IMG/VR virus record: IMGVR_UViG_3300026189_001009
Span: 59,632-123,631 of that record
Direction: 5' to 3' (one strand)
Length of the DNA: 64,000 nucleotides
Origin: a virus
Shown: positions 47,220 to 56,886 of the stretch, one piece after another
Position numbering within the stretch: position 1 is the first letter of the stretch
Layout: each line of letters starts with the position of its first letter
Program-made: the position numbers and the translations under genes
The notes under the pieces: generated by a model
What the model was told of the DNA's origin: nothing
The model's input: only the letters and a program-made list of their open reading frames with translations
Databases searched by the model: none

Positions 47220-47784
47220 GCCATCATTTAAGACCTATTACAATGGTCTTTATTATAGAGTTAAATTAAATGATAGTTTGTCTATCGATGAACTAGAACA
47301 ACTGTGGGATATATTTAAACGTAAAGGTAATTACAAATTAAAAGCACCATTATCGAGCAAAGTAATATGTTACTTGTATGATGAACAGCAATTAAAAACT
47401 TTTACTAAAGTTGTTAATAAAACAAAAATTGATAATATACAAGGACCGTTAAACAAATATCATAAGACAATGTTACTTGATCCAGGTTATGAAATAAAGA
47501 ATACATTATACTATAAGAAATATAGATATCGTGTTGATTATAGTTTAACAGATAGAAACAAACCTAATGTAGAAAACTTTCTATCAGGATTAAGATCAAT
47601 GGTCGCAAGTGACAAAGAGAATTTTTTAGGACAGAATATATTCCAATCATCATATGGTTGGTCTTGGCCTAGATTATACGTAGCTGGTGATGAACAATTA
47701 ATGATTGTCAAACTATCTTCGGAAGAACAAATAAGAGCAATAACCAAAGTTGTAACAATAAAGGAGATAAAACAGCATGGATAA
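47203..47784 (+). CDS. Hypothetical protein
   Basis: Two similar Y..YRV halves. Confidence 0.6.
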   Translation: MNQKLEPSFKTYYNGLYYRVKLNDSLSIDELEQLWDIFKRKGNYKLKAPLSSKVICYLYDEQQLKTFTKVVNKTKIDNIQGPLNKYHKTMLLDPGYEIKNTLYYKKYRYRVDYSLTDRNKPNVENFLSGLRSMVASDKENFLGQNIFQSSYGWSWPRLYVAGDEQLMIVKLSSEEQIRAITKVVTIKEIKQHG

Positions 47785-48043
47785 TAAAATATACGAAAAG
47801 TTAAGAAGCAAAAAGCTGATTGACATTGATTCAGAAGTATCAGTTGTACACACTGTAAAAGATTTTGGACAGAGTACTTTTGATAAAGAAGATATGTACA
47901 ATGTAGTTGGCATACATAAAAATAAATTATTAGGTACAAGCACAGTTGATGGTAGCGAGTTATCATTTACACCAGAACAAATTACGATGATTGATGGAAT
48001 GGAACCAAAGAGATTATGCAACGCCTATAAAATTAAAGTTTAA
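47777..48043 (+). CDS. Hypothetical protein
   Basis: AAGGAG SD; IDGMEP.R motif. Confidence 0.65.
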   Translation: MDNKIYEKLRSKKLIDIDSEVSVVHTVKDFGQSTFDKEDMYNVVGIHKNKLLGTSTVDGSELSFTPEQITMIDGMEPKRLCNAYKIKV

Positions 48044-48053
48044 AGGAGTTAGT

Positions 48054-49076
48054 ATGAAATCAATAGGAGTAATAGGTAATGGAAAAATTGGTAAGTCCGT
48101 TGCTAGTTTATTAAGATCTGAAAATTTTAATGTAGTAATAGCTGACACTTACAGTGATGTTGATACTGTTGATATTGATGCAACAGATGAAAAACAAGTC
48201 ACAAACTTTGCAAAAGGTAAAGATGCTATTATTAGCTGTGGACCTTATCATGTTAATAAAACAATAGCAAAAGTTTGTAGCGAACAAAATATTGCATACT
48301 TCGATCCAACAGAAGATACAGAAACAGCAGAGTATATTAGTGGATTGAATAACACGCAAACTATGATGACACAATGTGGATTGGCTCCGGGAGCAGTTAA
48401 CATTATTGCTACTGATTTAATCAAACAGTTTGATACTGTAGATAAAGTTAAAATGAGAGTAGGTGCTTTACCAAAGTATCCAATTAACGAAATGGGTTAT
48501 TATCTAACATGGTCTACTGTAGGTGTTCTAAATGAATATGTAAATCCTTGTGATATACTTTCAAATGGTGAGCATACTAAAGCACAACCATTAGATGGAA
48601 AAGAAACTATATATGTTGATGGTGATCGTTATGAAGCATTTAATACTTCAGGTGGTGCTTCTTCTATGTGTAAAACGTTTGCTGGTAAAGTTAGATCATT
48701 AAGTTATAAAACAATTAGGTATCCAGGACACTGTGATAAGATGCAATTCTTGTTAGAAGATTTAAATCTAAAGCACAACAAACAAAAGTTTGTTGAGTTA
48801 TTTGATCAAGAACTGCCATACACGACACAAGACGTAATTGTTATGGTTGTATCTGTAATAGGAAAAATTAATGGTAGAATGTTAGAAAAAACTTATCATA
48901 AAAAAATATATGGAAAAAATGGATTAAGTGCAATTCAGTTGTCGACAGCAAGTGGAATATGTGCTAATGTAATGCTATGGGCTTTAAATGAAATCCCAGG
49001 AGGTTATTTAAAACAAGAAGACATTCCTTTCAACAAATGGATGGAAACTAAATTTGGAAAAGTGTACTCACAATAG
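48054..49076 (+). CDS. Saccharopine dehydrogenase-family oxidoreductase
   Basis: GNGKIG, CGLAPG, EAFNTSGG, YKTIRYPGH; ATG 48054 with AAGGAG. Confidence 0.85.
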   Translation: MKSIGVIGNGKIGKSVASLLRSENFNVVIADTYSDVDTVDIDATDEKQVTNFAKGKDAIISCGPYHVNKTIAKVCSEQNIAYFDPTEDTETAEYISGLNNTQTMMTQCGLAPGAVNIIATDLIKQFDTVDKVKMRVGALPKYPINEMGYYLTWSTVGVLNEYVNPCDILSNGEHTKAQPLDGKETIYVDGDRYEAFNTSGGASSMCKTFAGKVRSLSYKTIRYPGHCDKMQFLLEDLNLKHNKQKFVELFDQELPYTTQDVIVMVVSVIGKINGRMLEKTYHKKIYGKNGLSAIQLSTASGICANVMLWALNEIPGGYLKQEDIPFNKWMETKFGKVYSQ

Positions 49077-49088
49077 GAGAATAAAAAT

Positions 49089-49517
49089 ATGAGAAAACTT
49101 ATATACACATTCGCAATAGCAATGGCCATGGTGAGCCCGGCTTTTGCGGCAGACTTAACAATTGATATGTTGAACAAAAGAGATGATGGAGCCAAGATGG
49201 TTTACTCAGAAGATATTTCTAGAGTAGATGTAGGTGATACAATTACTTGGTTGCCAACACAAAAAGGACACAATGTTCATATCAAATCAGGACCGGAAGG
49301 TTTTGAAGCACCAAAAAGAAGTAAAATGAATAAAGAATATTCTTTTACATTTGAAACACCAGGCATTTATTACTATGAATGTACTCCACACAAAGGTATG
49401 GGTATGATTGCTTTAGTAGTAGTTGGTGGAGATACATCTAACAAAGATGCTATTGCAAAAGTAAAAGTGCTAGGAAAAAGTAAAAAGAAATTAGCAGAGT
49501 TATTAGAACAACTTTAA
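49089..49517 (+). CDS. Pseudoazurin-type blue copper protein
   Basis: Signal peptide AFA-A; GHN and CTPH..MGM ligands. Confidence 0.88.
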   Translation: MRKLIYTFAIAMAMVSPAFAADLTIDMLNKRDDGAKMVYSEDISRVDVGDTITWLPTQKGHNVHIKSGPEGFEAPKRSKMNKEYSFTFETPGIYYYECTPHKGMGMIALVVVGGDTSNKDAIAKVKVLGKSKKKLAELLEQL

Positions 49518-49518
49518 T

Positions 49519-49929
49519 ATGAATCTAGAACAATACCTGAAAAAGATTCCTGAGTTCAAAGGAGCCAATTGGCTTATAAGGATACCTTTATCGATAGTTT
49601 TTGTGTTACAAGGATTACAAAAAATGCCTCTCAATATAGAAGATGCAGAAGCATTTGGATTACCAATGTCAGTTTGGTTTTTCGTTGCATGGGGAGAATT
49701 GTTTGCTGGTATACTTTTATTTGTTGGTGGACTCACGATAGCACTCAAAGATGGTGTAGGAGATGTACTAACAAGATTCAGTGGTATAGTTATTTGTGGA
49801 ATAATGACTGGTGTGATACTAGTTGGTGAACCGGAAAGTATTGCGTATGTTTTACTTTACGAACACTTCCATCTTATGTTATACTGTGGAGGATTGTTTT
49901 TTGCATTAAGGGGTAACAGAGTTAAATGA
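49519..49929 (+). CDS. DoxX-family membrane protein
   Basis: R.....F..G..K and GEL..G pattern, 4 TM. Confidence 0.7.
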   Translation: MNLEQYLKKIPEFKGANWLIRIPLSIVFVLQGLQKMPLNIEDAEAFGLPMSVWFFVAWGELFAGILLFVGGLTIALKDGVGDVLTRFSGIVICGIMTGVILVGEPESIAYVLLYEHFHLMLYCGGLFFALRGNRVK

Positions 49930-52658
49930 GTTATGTAGACGCATTTTTAGAAAGAGAAAAAGATAGAATCAATGTTGTTGAAAGAATAAACGGACAACGA
50001 CATTATAAAACTTACAGTACAAGGTATGCTTTTTATTATCCAGATCCTGCTGGAAAGTATAAAAGTATATACAACACACCCTTATCTAAATTTTCAACTA
50101 AAAGCATTAAAGAGTTTGATAGAGAGAAAAAGATTTATAGTCATCAGAAGTTGTTTGAAAGTGATATAAATCCAATCTTTAGATGTTTAGAAGAAAACTA
50201 TCTTGGTAAAGATTCTCCAGAGCTACATATATGCTTTTTTGATATTGAGGTAGACTTTGATAAAGATCAAGGATTCGCTCCACCACATGATCCTTTTAGT
50301 GCAATAACGGCCATAACTCTTTATTTGAATTGGTTACCTGCAGAACGTAGGTTGATTACTTTATGTTTAAAACCAAAAGACTTAGATCAAGACAAGGCTG
50401 AAAGCATTGCAGGATCGTTTGATAATACTGTTTTATGTAAAGACGAAAAAGAGTTACTTGATTTATTTCTTAGATTTATTGATGATGCAGATATATTAAG
50501 TGGTTGGAACTCGGAAGGTTTTGATATTCCTTATGTTATTAATAGAACAACACAGGTATTAAGTAGAAATGATCTATCTAGATATTGCTTATGGGATAAG
50601 TTTCCTAGAAAAAGAAAATACACAAAGTTTGGAAACGAACAAGAAACATATGATTTAATTGGCAGAGTGCATTTAGATTATTTAGAACTCTATAGAAAAT
50701 ATACATATCATGAGATGCACAGTTATAGACTAGATGCAATAGGTGAGTATGAAGTTGGAGAAAAGAAAGTTCCATATGAAGGAACACTAGATCAGTTATA
50801 CAATTCAGACTTTGAAAAGTTTATTGCGTACAATAGACAAGATACAGCACTACTGGCCAAACTAGATGACAAGCTAAAGTTTATTGATTTAGCAAGTGAA
50901 CTAGCCCATGCTAATACAGTTTTACTACCAACAACAATGGGAGCAGTAGCAGTTACAGAACAAGCAATTGTAAATGAAGCACACAGACGTAATATGATTA
51001 TACCAGATAGAAAACGTCAACGAAATGATGTAGTGAATGTTCCGGCAGTTGGAGCCTATGTGGCATATCCTAAAAAAGGATTACACAGTTGGGTTGGAAG
51101 TTTTGATATTAATTCACTGTATCCAAGTGTGATTAGAAGTTTGAATATGGGTCCGGAAACAGTTATTGGACAACTAAGATCAGATCAAACTAAAAGATAT
51201 ATTGACAATAAAATTAGTAAAGAAAAGAAGTCGGCCGCGGATGCATGGGAAGGTATGTTTGGTACATTAGAGTATCAAGCAATTGTAGATAAAGATGTAT
51301 CAACTGAGTTAGTATGCGACTTTGAAGATGGCACAACAGAATCAATGAGTGGTGCTGAATGGTATAAAGTAATATTTGAGATGGGCAAAGATTGGAATTT
51401 AAGTTCCAATGGAACAATATTTAGATCAGATGTTAAAGGTATTATTCCAGGTCTACTAGAAAGATGGTATGCTGAAAGAAAAGTAATGCAAAGCAAAATG
51501 CGTGAAGCAATTGCTTCTGGAGATAAAAAAGATATATCATTCTGGGATAAAAGACAGTTAGTTAAAAAGATTAACTTGAATAGCTTATATGGTGCTATTC
51601 TAAATCCAGGATGTCGATTCTTTGATATTAGAATAGGACAAAGTGTAACACTATGCGGTAGAACAATTGTTAAACATATGGGTAGCCAAACAAATGAAAT
51701 CATTGCAGGTGAATATGACCATACAGGTAAATCAATAATCTATGGTGACACTGACTCTGTATACTTCAGTGCATTTCCTTTAGTAGAAAAAGAAGTTAAA
51801 GAGAAACTAATACCATGGAGTAAAGAAAGTGTGATAGAACTATATGACAAGATTGCAGATGAAGTTAATACAAGTTTTCCAGGATTCATGAGTAATGCAT
51901 TTGGAGTAACTAAAGACCAAGGTGCTATTATCAAATCAGGTAGAGAGATTGTTGCATCAAGTGGATTGTTTATTACAAAGAAAAGGTATGCGGCACTAAT
52001 TTATGATCTAGAAGGAAACAGACAAGATGTAGAAGGCAAGCCTGGAAAAATTAAAGCAATGGGTGTTGACCTAAAAAGATCTGATACACCCGAGTTTGTA
52101 CAAAGATTTCTAGAAAAACTATTAACAATGGTTCTGTTAGGTACTCCAAAAGAAAAATGCTTTGAAACTATAAATGAATTCAAAGAAGAGTTTGCATCTA
52201 TGCCAGGTTGGAAAAAAGGTACTCCCAAAAGGGTAAACAACTTAACCAAGTATAAAGAAATGGTTAATACATATAACAGAAAAACAGAGCAACTATCACA
52301 CGTTGGGCAAGACTTGGAAATTAAAAAACCAATAATGCCAGGTCATGTAAGAGCAAGTATGAATTGGAATGAGTTAAGATCAGCATTTAAAGACAATTAC
52401 AGTTTGCCAATTATGGATGGACAAAAAGTAATTGTTTGTAAATTAAAACACAATCCAATGAATTATACATCAATAGCTTATCCAATTGATGAGTTGAACT
52501 TGCCAGCTTGGTTTAAAGAGTTATCGTTTGATGATGAACTTATGGAACAAACAATTATTGATCAAAAGATTAAGAATCTTATTGGTGTATTGGGTTGGAA
52601 ACTAAAAGAAGAAACCCAAAACTCGAATGTGTTTGATTCCTTATTTGCTGTCAATTAG
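49926..52658 (+). CDS. Family B DNA polymerase
   Basis: FDIE exo I, DINSLYPS, K...NSLYG, YGDTDS, KKRY. Confidence 0.95.
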   Translation: MSYVDAFLEREKDRINVVERINGQRHYKTYSTRYAFYYPDPAGKYKSIYNTPLSKFSTKSIKEFDREKKIYSHQKLFESDINPIFRCLEENYLGKDSPELHICFFDIEVDFDKDQGFAPPHDPFSAITAITLYLNWLPAERRLITLCLKPKDLDQDKAESIAGSFDNTVLCKDEKELLDLFLRFIDDADILSGWNSEGFDIPYVINRTTQVLSRNDLSRYCLWDKFPRKRKYTKFGNEQETYDLIGRVHLDYLELYRKYTYHEMHSYRLDAIGEYEVGEKKVPYEGTLDQLYNSDFEKFIAYNRQDTALLAKLDDKLKFIDLASELAHANTVLLPTTMGAVAVTEQAIVNEAHRRNMIIPDRKRQRNDVVNVPAVGAYVAYPKKGLHSWVGSFDINSLYPSVIRSLNMGPETVIGQLRSDQTKRYIDNKISKEKKSAADAWEGMFGTLEYQAIVDKDVSTELVCDFEDGTTESMSGAEWYKVIFEMGKDWNLSSNGTIFRSDVKGIIPGLLERWYAERKVMQSKMREAIASGDKKDISFWDKRQLVKKINLNSLYGAILNPGCRFFDIRIGQSVTLCGRTIVKHMGSQTNEIIAGEYDHTGKSIIYGDTDSVYFSAFPLVEKEVKEKLIPWSKESVIELYDKIADEVNTSFPGFMSNAFGVTKDQGAIIKSGREIVASSGLFITKKRYAALIYDLEGNRQDVEGKPGKIKAMGVDLKRSDTPEFVQRFLEKLLTMVLLGTPKEKCFETINEFKEEFASMPGWKKGTPKRVNNLTKYKEMVNTYNRKTEQLSHVGQDLEIKKPIMPGHVRASMNWNELRSAFKDNYSLPIMDGQKVIVCKLKHNPMNYTSIAYPIDELNLPAWFKELSFDDELMEQTIIDQKIKNLIGVLGWKLKEETQNSNVFDSLFAVN

Positions 52659-52739
52659 GGCAAAATAATATTTGACAAATCCATTTAAAGATTGTATTAT
52701 TATATTATAAATGCGTAAAGCTAACAAGGAGAAAAAAAT

Positions 52740-53483
52740 ATGAGGGATGTACTCTTAGATATAGTGAAACACACTCACTCGTTAGGATTCATTCAGTCTG
52801 TAAAGATAGACGGTGGTGATGGATCTGAAACAAACATAGAAGCAATGGACGATGATAGATCTGTTGTATTACAAGGTAAATTACACAATCCAGTAGGAGA
52901 CTTAACAGGCACAATAGGTTTAGGCAAGTTAGGTGTGTTAAGTGGATACCTAAACTTTGATGGATATACAGATTCAGGATCATCAATTAAAGTTATTAAG
53001 AAGAAAAGAAACGAAGAAGAAGTAGCAGAAGAATTGGAGTTTGCATCACAAAAAGGCTACAATGCAAGTTATAGATTTATGATATCACAATTGATTGAAG
53101 AAAAACTTAAAACTGTAAAGTTTAAAGGAGTCAATTGGGATCTTACAATTCAACCATCACAACAAAACTTAAAAGATTTAAATTACTTTGCAGGAGTAAT
53201 GAGTGGCTTTGAGCCAACATTTGTTGCAAAAACAGATGGAGATACATTAAAGTTTTATATTGGTGACGGATCTTCTGATAGAGTTGAAATTCCAATTTCG
53301 GCAAATTGCCCAACTAAGATAACAAAAGGCTGGGCATGGCCATTAGCACAAACATTGAGCATACTTAAATTAAGTGATACATCACAAGCAAGTATTAGTT
53401 TTAGTGAACAAGGTGCAATGAAGATTACAATTGATTCTGGTATTGGACAATACGATTATATTTTACCAGCAAGAACATCGTAA
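52740..53483 (+). CDS. Probable sliding clamp (gp45/PCNA-like)
   Basis: 247 aa directly after polB, alternating beta/alpha pattern; clamp loader in window; promoter 52672-52700. Confidence 0.55.
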   Translation: MRDVLLDIVKHTHSLGFIQSVKIDGGDGSETNIEAMDDDRSVVLQGKLHNPVGDLTGTIGLGKLGVLSGYLNFDGYTDSGSSIKVIKKKRNEEEVAEELEFASQKGYNASYRFMISQLIEEKLKTVKFKGVNWDLTIQPSQQNLKDLNYFAGVMSGFEPTFVAKTDGDTLKFYIGDGSSDRVEIPISANCPTKITKGWAWPLAQTLSILKLSDTSQASISFSEQGAMKITIDSGIGQYDYILPARTS

Positions 53484-53488
53484 ACAGA

Positions 53489-53587
53489 TTTATCTTGATG
53501 AATAAATTTAGCTTACGATTAGTTGGCTTGTCCCTCAAAATTTATAATCAAGATAAAAGTCACAGGGTAGCTAGTCTACTCTGTGGC
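53489..53587 (+). other. Intergenic two-hairpin structured element
   Basis: TTTATCTTGAT/ATCAAGATAAA plus ATAAATTT/AAATTTAT stems, then a 12-bp hairpin at 53559-53587. Confidence 0.55.
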
Positions 53588-53611
53588 ACTAATATATAAA
53601 GAGTTTAACAA

Positions 53612-54325
53612 ATGGAAAACATTAACACAGAAGCAGTAATAAAAGATTTAGCTTTCTTACCTTTGGATTTACCAGAGTTTCACCCAAGTCCAGATTTGTA
53701 TGATAGACTTTGCAAATTATATGAATTGGAAAACTCTGCAATTGATGATGATTATAGAAACTGTAAACACATTCCCATTTATATAACTGAAGGCAATGAC
53801 GCCAACAACTACGATGATAAAACAGATTACAATTGGACTTCACAAAGTGAAGAGGTACCAGAGCTTGTAGATTATATTAAAACCCATGTTCAGCCTTGGG
53901 CAAATCCGTTAGGAAGAATAATGATTATTTGTACTAGAGCCGGAGAAGAAAACCCACCACACATTGATTGTAGTCCAGATAAGTTTGATAAAACACTACA
54001 ACACAAATGGAGAATGGTACTACATGGTGATGTTGATAGTTTATATTATATTACTGAAACAACTCCAGACAAAGAAATTATTCCAGCAAACGTCAAAGAA
54101 CGTCCATTTATGATGAGCGGTAGTTGGCCACATGGAATGAGAAACAATAGCAATCAGATGAAATTTACATTAGCAATGGGTTCTCCATGGGATGCTGATA
54201 CAACAGATGGATACACCCAACTAATTGAAAATTCATTTAGGAAATTCAATAACTATTATCTATCAAAAAAAGGTTGGCTTTTGCCAGAAGATCATGTAAA
54301 CTTATATGAAGAGAAATATAAATGA
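53612..54325 (+). CDS. Putative 2OG-Fe(II)/cupin hydroxylase
   Basis: PPHID and WPHGM.N. Confidence 0.55.
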   Translation: MENINTEAVIKDLAFLPLDLPEFHPSPDLYDRLCKLYELENSAIDDDYRNCKHIPIYITEGNDANNYDDKTDYNWTSQSEEVPELVDYIKTHVQPWANPLGRIMIICTRAGEENPPHIDCSPDKFDKTLQHKWRMVLHGDVDSLYYITETTPDKEIIPANVKERPFMMSGSWPHGMRNNSNQMKFTLAMGSPWDADTTDGYTQLIENSFRKFNNYYLSKKGWLLPEDHVNLYEEKYK

Positions 54326-54843
54326 AAAGAGTATATAAAAATAATCCAGTTGAAGACGTAGACTACTTCGTAGGTAATGAAGTTGAAAAGACTCCGTTCT
54401 ACGGTAGAAAAACTTTATTTGTTGTAGGATTAAAGAATCCTAGGAAGATAGCCAAGAGAGCGTTGGATCATCATTGCAGACATATCTATCTTGGAGCAAA
54501 CATGAGTTTCAAAACTATGGACTGGAATGAAAACAGAATTGAAAAGTTGAGAGAAGTTATTCAACATTTATTAGATCAACGTTTCCAAGTTACATTAGAT
54601 ATCACTAGAGGATTTGATTTAACATCAATTGATATGTTTATTGGTAGTGAATACTTTCATATCATGTACAGCTTACCAATTGCTTACGCAGAAAGATACA
54701 AAAACAGTATAACAATAAAAGTTGATGATATTGGTTTTGATAAAACTAACAGCGGAGTATGGTGCAACACTTTAGACAAGTTAATGGATCCTGTATCAAA
54801 AACAGAATGGTCATCTTATACAACAGATGAGGTTGTAGAATGA
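54322..54843 (+). CDS. Phage hypothetical protein near queD
   Basis: EVEKTP.YG.KTLFVVG, HIYLGAN.SF, KVDD..F..TN.GVW. Confidence 0.7.
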   Translation: MKRVYKNNPVEDVDYFVGNEVEKTPFYGRKTLFVVGLKNPRKIAKRALDHHCRHIYLGANMSFKTMDWNENRIEKLREVIQHLLDQRFQVTLDITRGFDLTSIDMFIGSEYFHIMYSLPIAYAERYKNSITIKVDDIGFDKTNSGVWCNTLDKLMDPVSKTEWSSYTTDEVVE

Positions 54844-55082
54844 CCTGGTTCTTATTAGCAGTAGTATTGCAAGGTCAAATATCGACAATGACTACAAACG
54901 CAAACACTTTCACAAGTCAACATGAATGCCAAACATACGTTATAGAAAATAAAACATTAATAAAAAATCAACTAGGAATGATATATCCTATGAACTCGAG
55001 AGTTGATATTATGTGTGTTGATGGAGACACATTAGATGATATGCTAACTGAGTTTTATGGTAAACCAAAGATGAACATATAA
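54840..55082 (+). CDS. Small secreted/membrane protein with Cys pair
   Basis: Hydrophobic N-terminus, F.S..EC...C. Confidence 0.55.
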   Translation: MTWFLLAVVLQGQISTMTTNANTFTSQHECQTYVIENKTLIKNQLGMIYPMNSRVDIMCVDGDTLDDMLTEFYGKPKMNI

Positions 55083-55094
55083 CAAGGAGGGAAT

Positions 55095-55544
55095 ATGAAA
55101 AAATACATTTGGGTAACATTTAGAAAAGAAGGACTTCACAAGTATCCAGCCGCTTTAGATGATCCTAAACTAGCAACGGGCGATGAGTATGATGTAAGTT
55201 TCTTAGGTTACGTACACAGACATATATTTCATTTCAAAGTTTTTATTGAAGTATTTCATGATGATAGAGACATTGAATTCATTCAGTTTAAAAGATGGCT
55301 TGAAAATTTATATAAAGACGGAACAATGAAACTTGATTATAAGTCATGTGAAATGATGGCAGAAGAATTAAATGGAGTAATACAACAACAGTATCCAGGT
55401 AGAAGTACTATATTAGAAGTTTCTGAAGATGGCGAGAATGGTTGTACAATTATGTTTCCAGCTAAAGACAAAAGCAAAAGCGACTTTACAACGTATGAAG
55501 AAATGGTTTTAGATACAAACACATCTAGCTCGGGTGTTCAATAA
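55095..55544 (+). CDS. queD: QueD/6-pyruvoyl-tetrahydropterin synthase-like T-fold protein
   Basis: EGLH, HRH, IEF, SCEMMAE, EVSEDGENG. Confidence 0.7.
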   Translation: MKKYIWVTFRKEGLHKYPAALDDPKLATGDEYDVSFLGYVHRHIFHFKVFIEVFHDDRDIEFIQFKRWLENLYKDGTMKLDYKSCEMMAEELNGVIQQQYPGRSTILEVSEDGENGCTIMFPAKDKSKSDFTTYEEMVLDTNTSSSGVQ

Positions 55545-55999
55545 TGTATCTATCAGATAATTTTCGATTGTCTGAACTTCTTAAATCTCAGACTGCTTTA
55601 CGTAAAGGGATAGATAATAAACCAAAAGAACCACATATAATTGAAAATCTACAAACACTTTGCGACAAAGTATTACAACCGATAAGAGATCATTTTAATT
55701 TACCTGTTGTAATAAATTCAGGCTTTAGATGTGCAAAGCTAAACAAAGCTATTGGATCTAGTTCTAAATCACAACACACTAAAGGACAAGCGGCAGATAT
55801 TGAAATACCAGGTGTAAGTAATAAAACAATTGCTGAATGGATTGAAGATAATCTTGGGTTTGACCAATGTATTTTAGAATTTTATAATGGTGTTGACCCA
55901 CATTCTGGTTGGGTTCATGTTAGTTATGTTGATGATAAATCTAATAGAAAACAGACATTAACTATTAATAAAGACGGTACATTTACTGGTTTTAGGTAA
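55544..55999 (+). CDS. Peptidase M15A, putative endolysin
   Basis: SGFR, SQH..GQAAD, WVH. Confidence 0.85.
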   Translation: MYLSDNFRLSELLKSQTALRKGIDNKPKEPHIIENLQTLCDKVLQPIRDHFNLPVVINSGFRCAKLNKAIGSSSKSQHTKGQAADIEIPGVSNKTIAEWIEDNLGFDQCILEFYNGVDPHSGWVHVSYVDDKSNRKQTLTINKDGTFTGFR

Positions 56000-56045
56000 A
56001 AACCTTTAAAAACCTTTATGTATTCAGTTAATCTTTCTTTAAAGG

Positions 56046-56053
56046 TATAAATA
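56046..56053 (+). promoter_or_regulatory. Late promoter TATAAATA
   Basis: Exact consensus before a structured 5' UTR. Confidence 0.75.
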
Positions 56054-56145
56054 TTATTACGTTCAGAGTAGTCCTTAGTCACAGTGACGGGTCACAAAGA
56101 ACATAATTATTAACATGACGCAAGTCATATTTAAAGGAGTTTATC

Positions 56146-56493
56146 ATGGCAGTATTTGGACCAGATAATTTAACAGGTAAAAGCAACATCGGTAACGGTT
56201 TAGGCCCAAGAACAGTTGTTGTAAAAGTAGCAAAAACAAACATCACACAAGCAGAATTAGAGTCAATGGCTTTAGCTTTAGCTTCAGGTGGTACTTACTC
56301 AGGTGTAACTAACGACGCATTCACAATTGCAGGTATGAGATCAGACCAAGCAGGTGGTGCCTTTACAGCAGGTACATCAGATGCAGTATTTTTTGCATTA
56401 CAAGGTACAGGAACAATTAACGCAGACTCATCAGACGCTTTAGGCGTAACTGGTGCGGCTTTAACAATCGAAACAGAATTCGATCAAGCGTAA
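56146..56493 (+). CDS. Probable abundant virion structural protein
   Basis: Late promoter, AAGGAG SD, G/A/T-rich, own terminator. Confidence 0.65.
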   Translation: MAVFGPDNLTGKSNIGNGLGPRTVVVKVAKTNITQAELESMALALASGGTYSGVTNDAFTIAGMRSDQAGGAFTAGTSDAVFFALQGTGTINADSSDALGVTGAALTIETEFDQA

Positions 56494-56529
56494 TTAGATA
56501 CCTATAGTTAAATTACTATAAAACATATT

Positions 56530-56565
56530 AAACGCCCAGCATTAAGTTGTTGGGCGTTTTTTTTT
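56530..56565 (+). terminator. Rho-independent terminator
   Basis: AAACGCCCAGCA/TGTTGGGCGTTT stem plus T-run. Confidence 0.9.
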
Positions 56566-56568
56566 GGT

Positions 56569-56597
56569 TTGACAACCAGCTTTAAAATTGTTATAAT
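56569..56597 (+). promoter_or_regulatory. Consensus sigma70 promoter
   Basis: TTGACA-N17-TATAAT with TG extension; ATG 7 nt downstream. Confidence 0.8.
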
Positions 56598-56603
56598 ACT
56601 AGA

Positions 56604-56867
56604 ATGATTGAGAACATAATGTTTGCAATATCCCTTTATCAAAAGGGATCAAAACCTTTAAAGGTAAGTCCAGCTTTGTATGGAGCCATAGTAAACTGTG
56701 TTGGCTTACGGGCTACTATATCTCATGTAGGAGAAATAAAGAATAATACAGTAGACATAGGGGTCGAAGCAGGAAGTTCAGGTTGGACAAGAGCTAGTTT
56801 ACAAACAGCTTTAGAAACTTATCCACCATTTGCAGATATAGATGTTGAAGTAAAAGACATAAAGTAA
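56604..56867 (+). CDS. Hypothetical protein
   Basis: 87-aa ORF behind a consensus promoter. Confidence 0.6.
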   Translation: MIENIMFAISLYQKGSKPLKVSPALYGAIVNCVGLRATISHVGEIKNNTVDIGVEAGSSGWTRASLQTALETYPPFADIDVEVKDIK

Positions 56868-56886
56868 CCACATAATAAATACTGTT

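Noticed and set aside
49926-52658. Intein or intron in the polymerase
   Set aside because: Continuous ORF; the insert after motif A lacks intein terminal residues and homing-nuclease motifs
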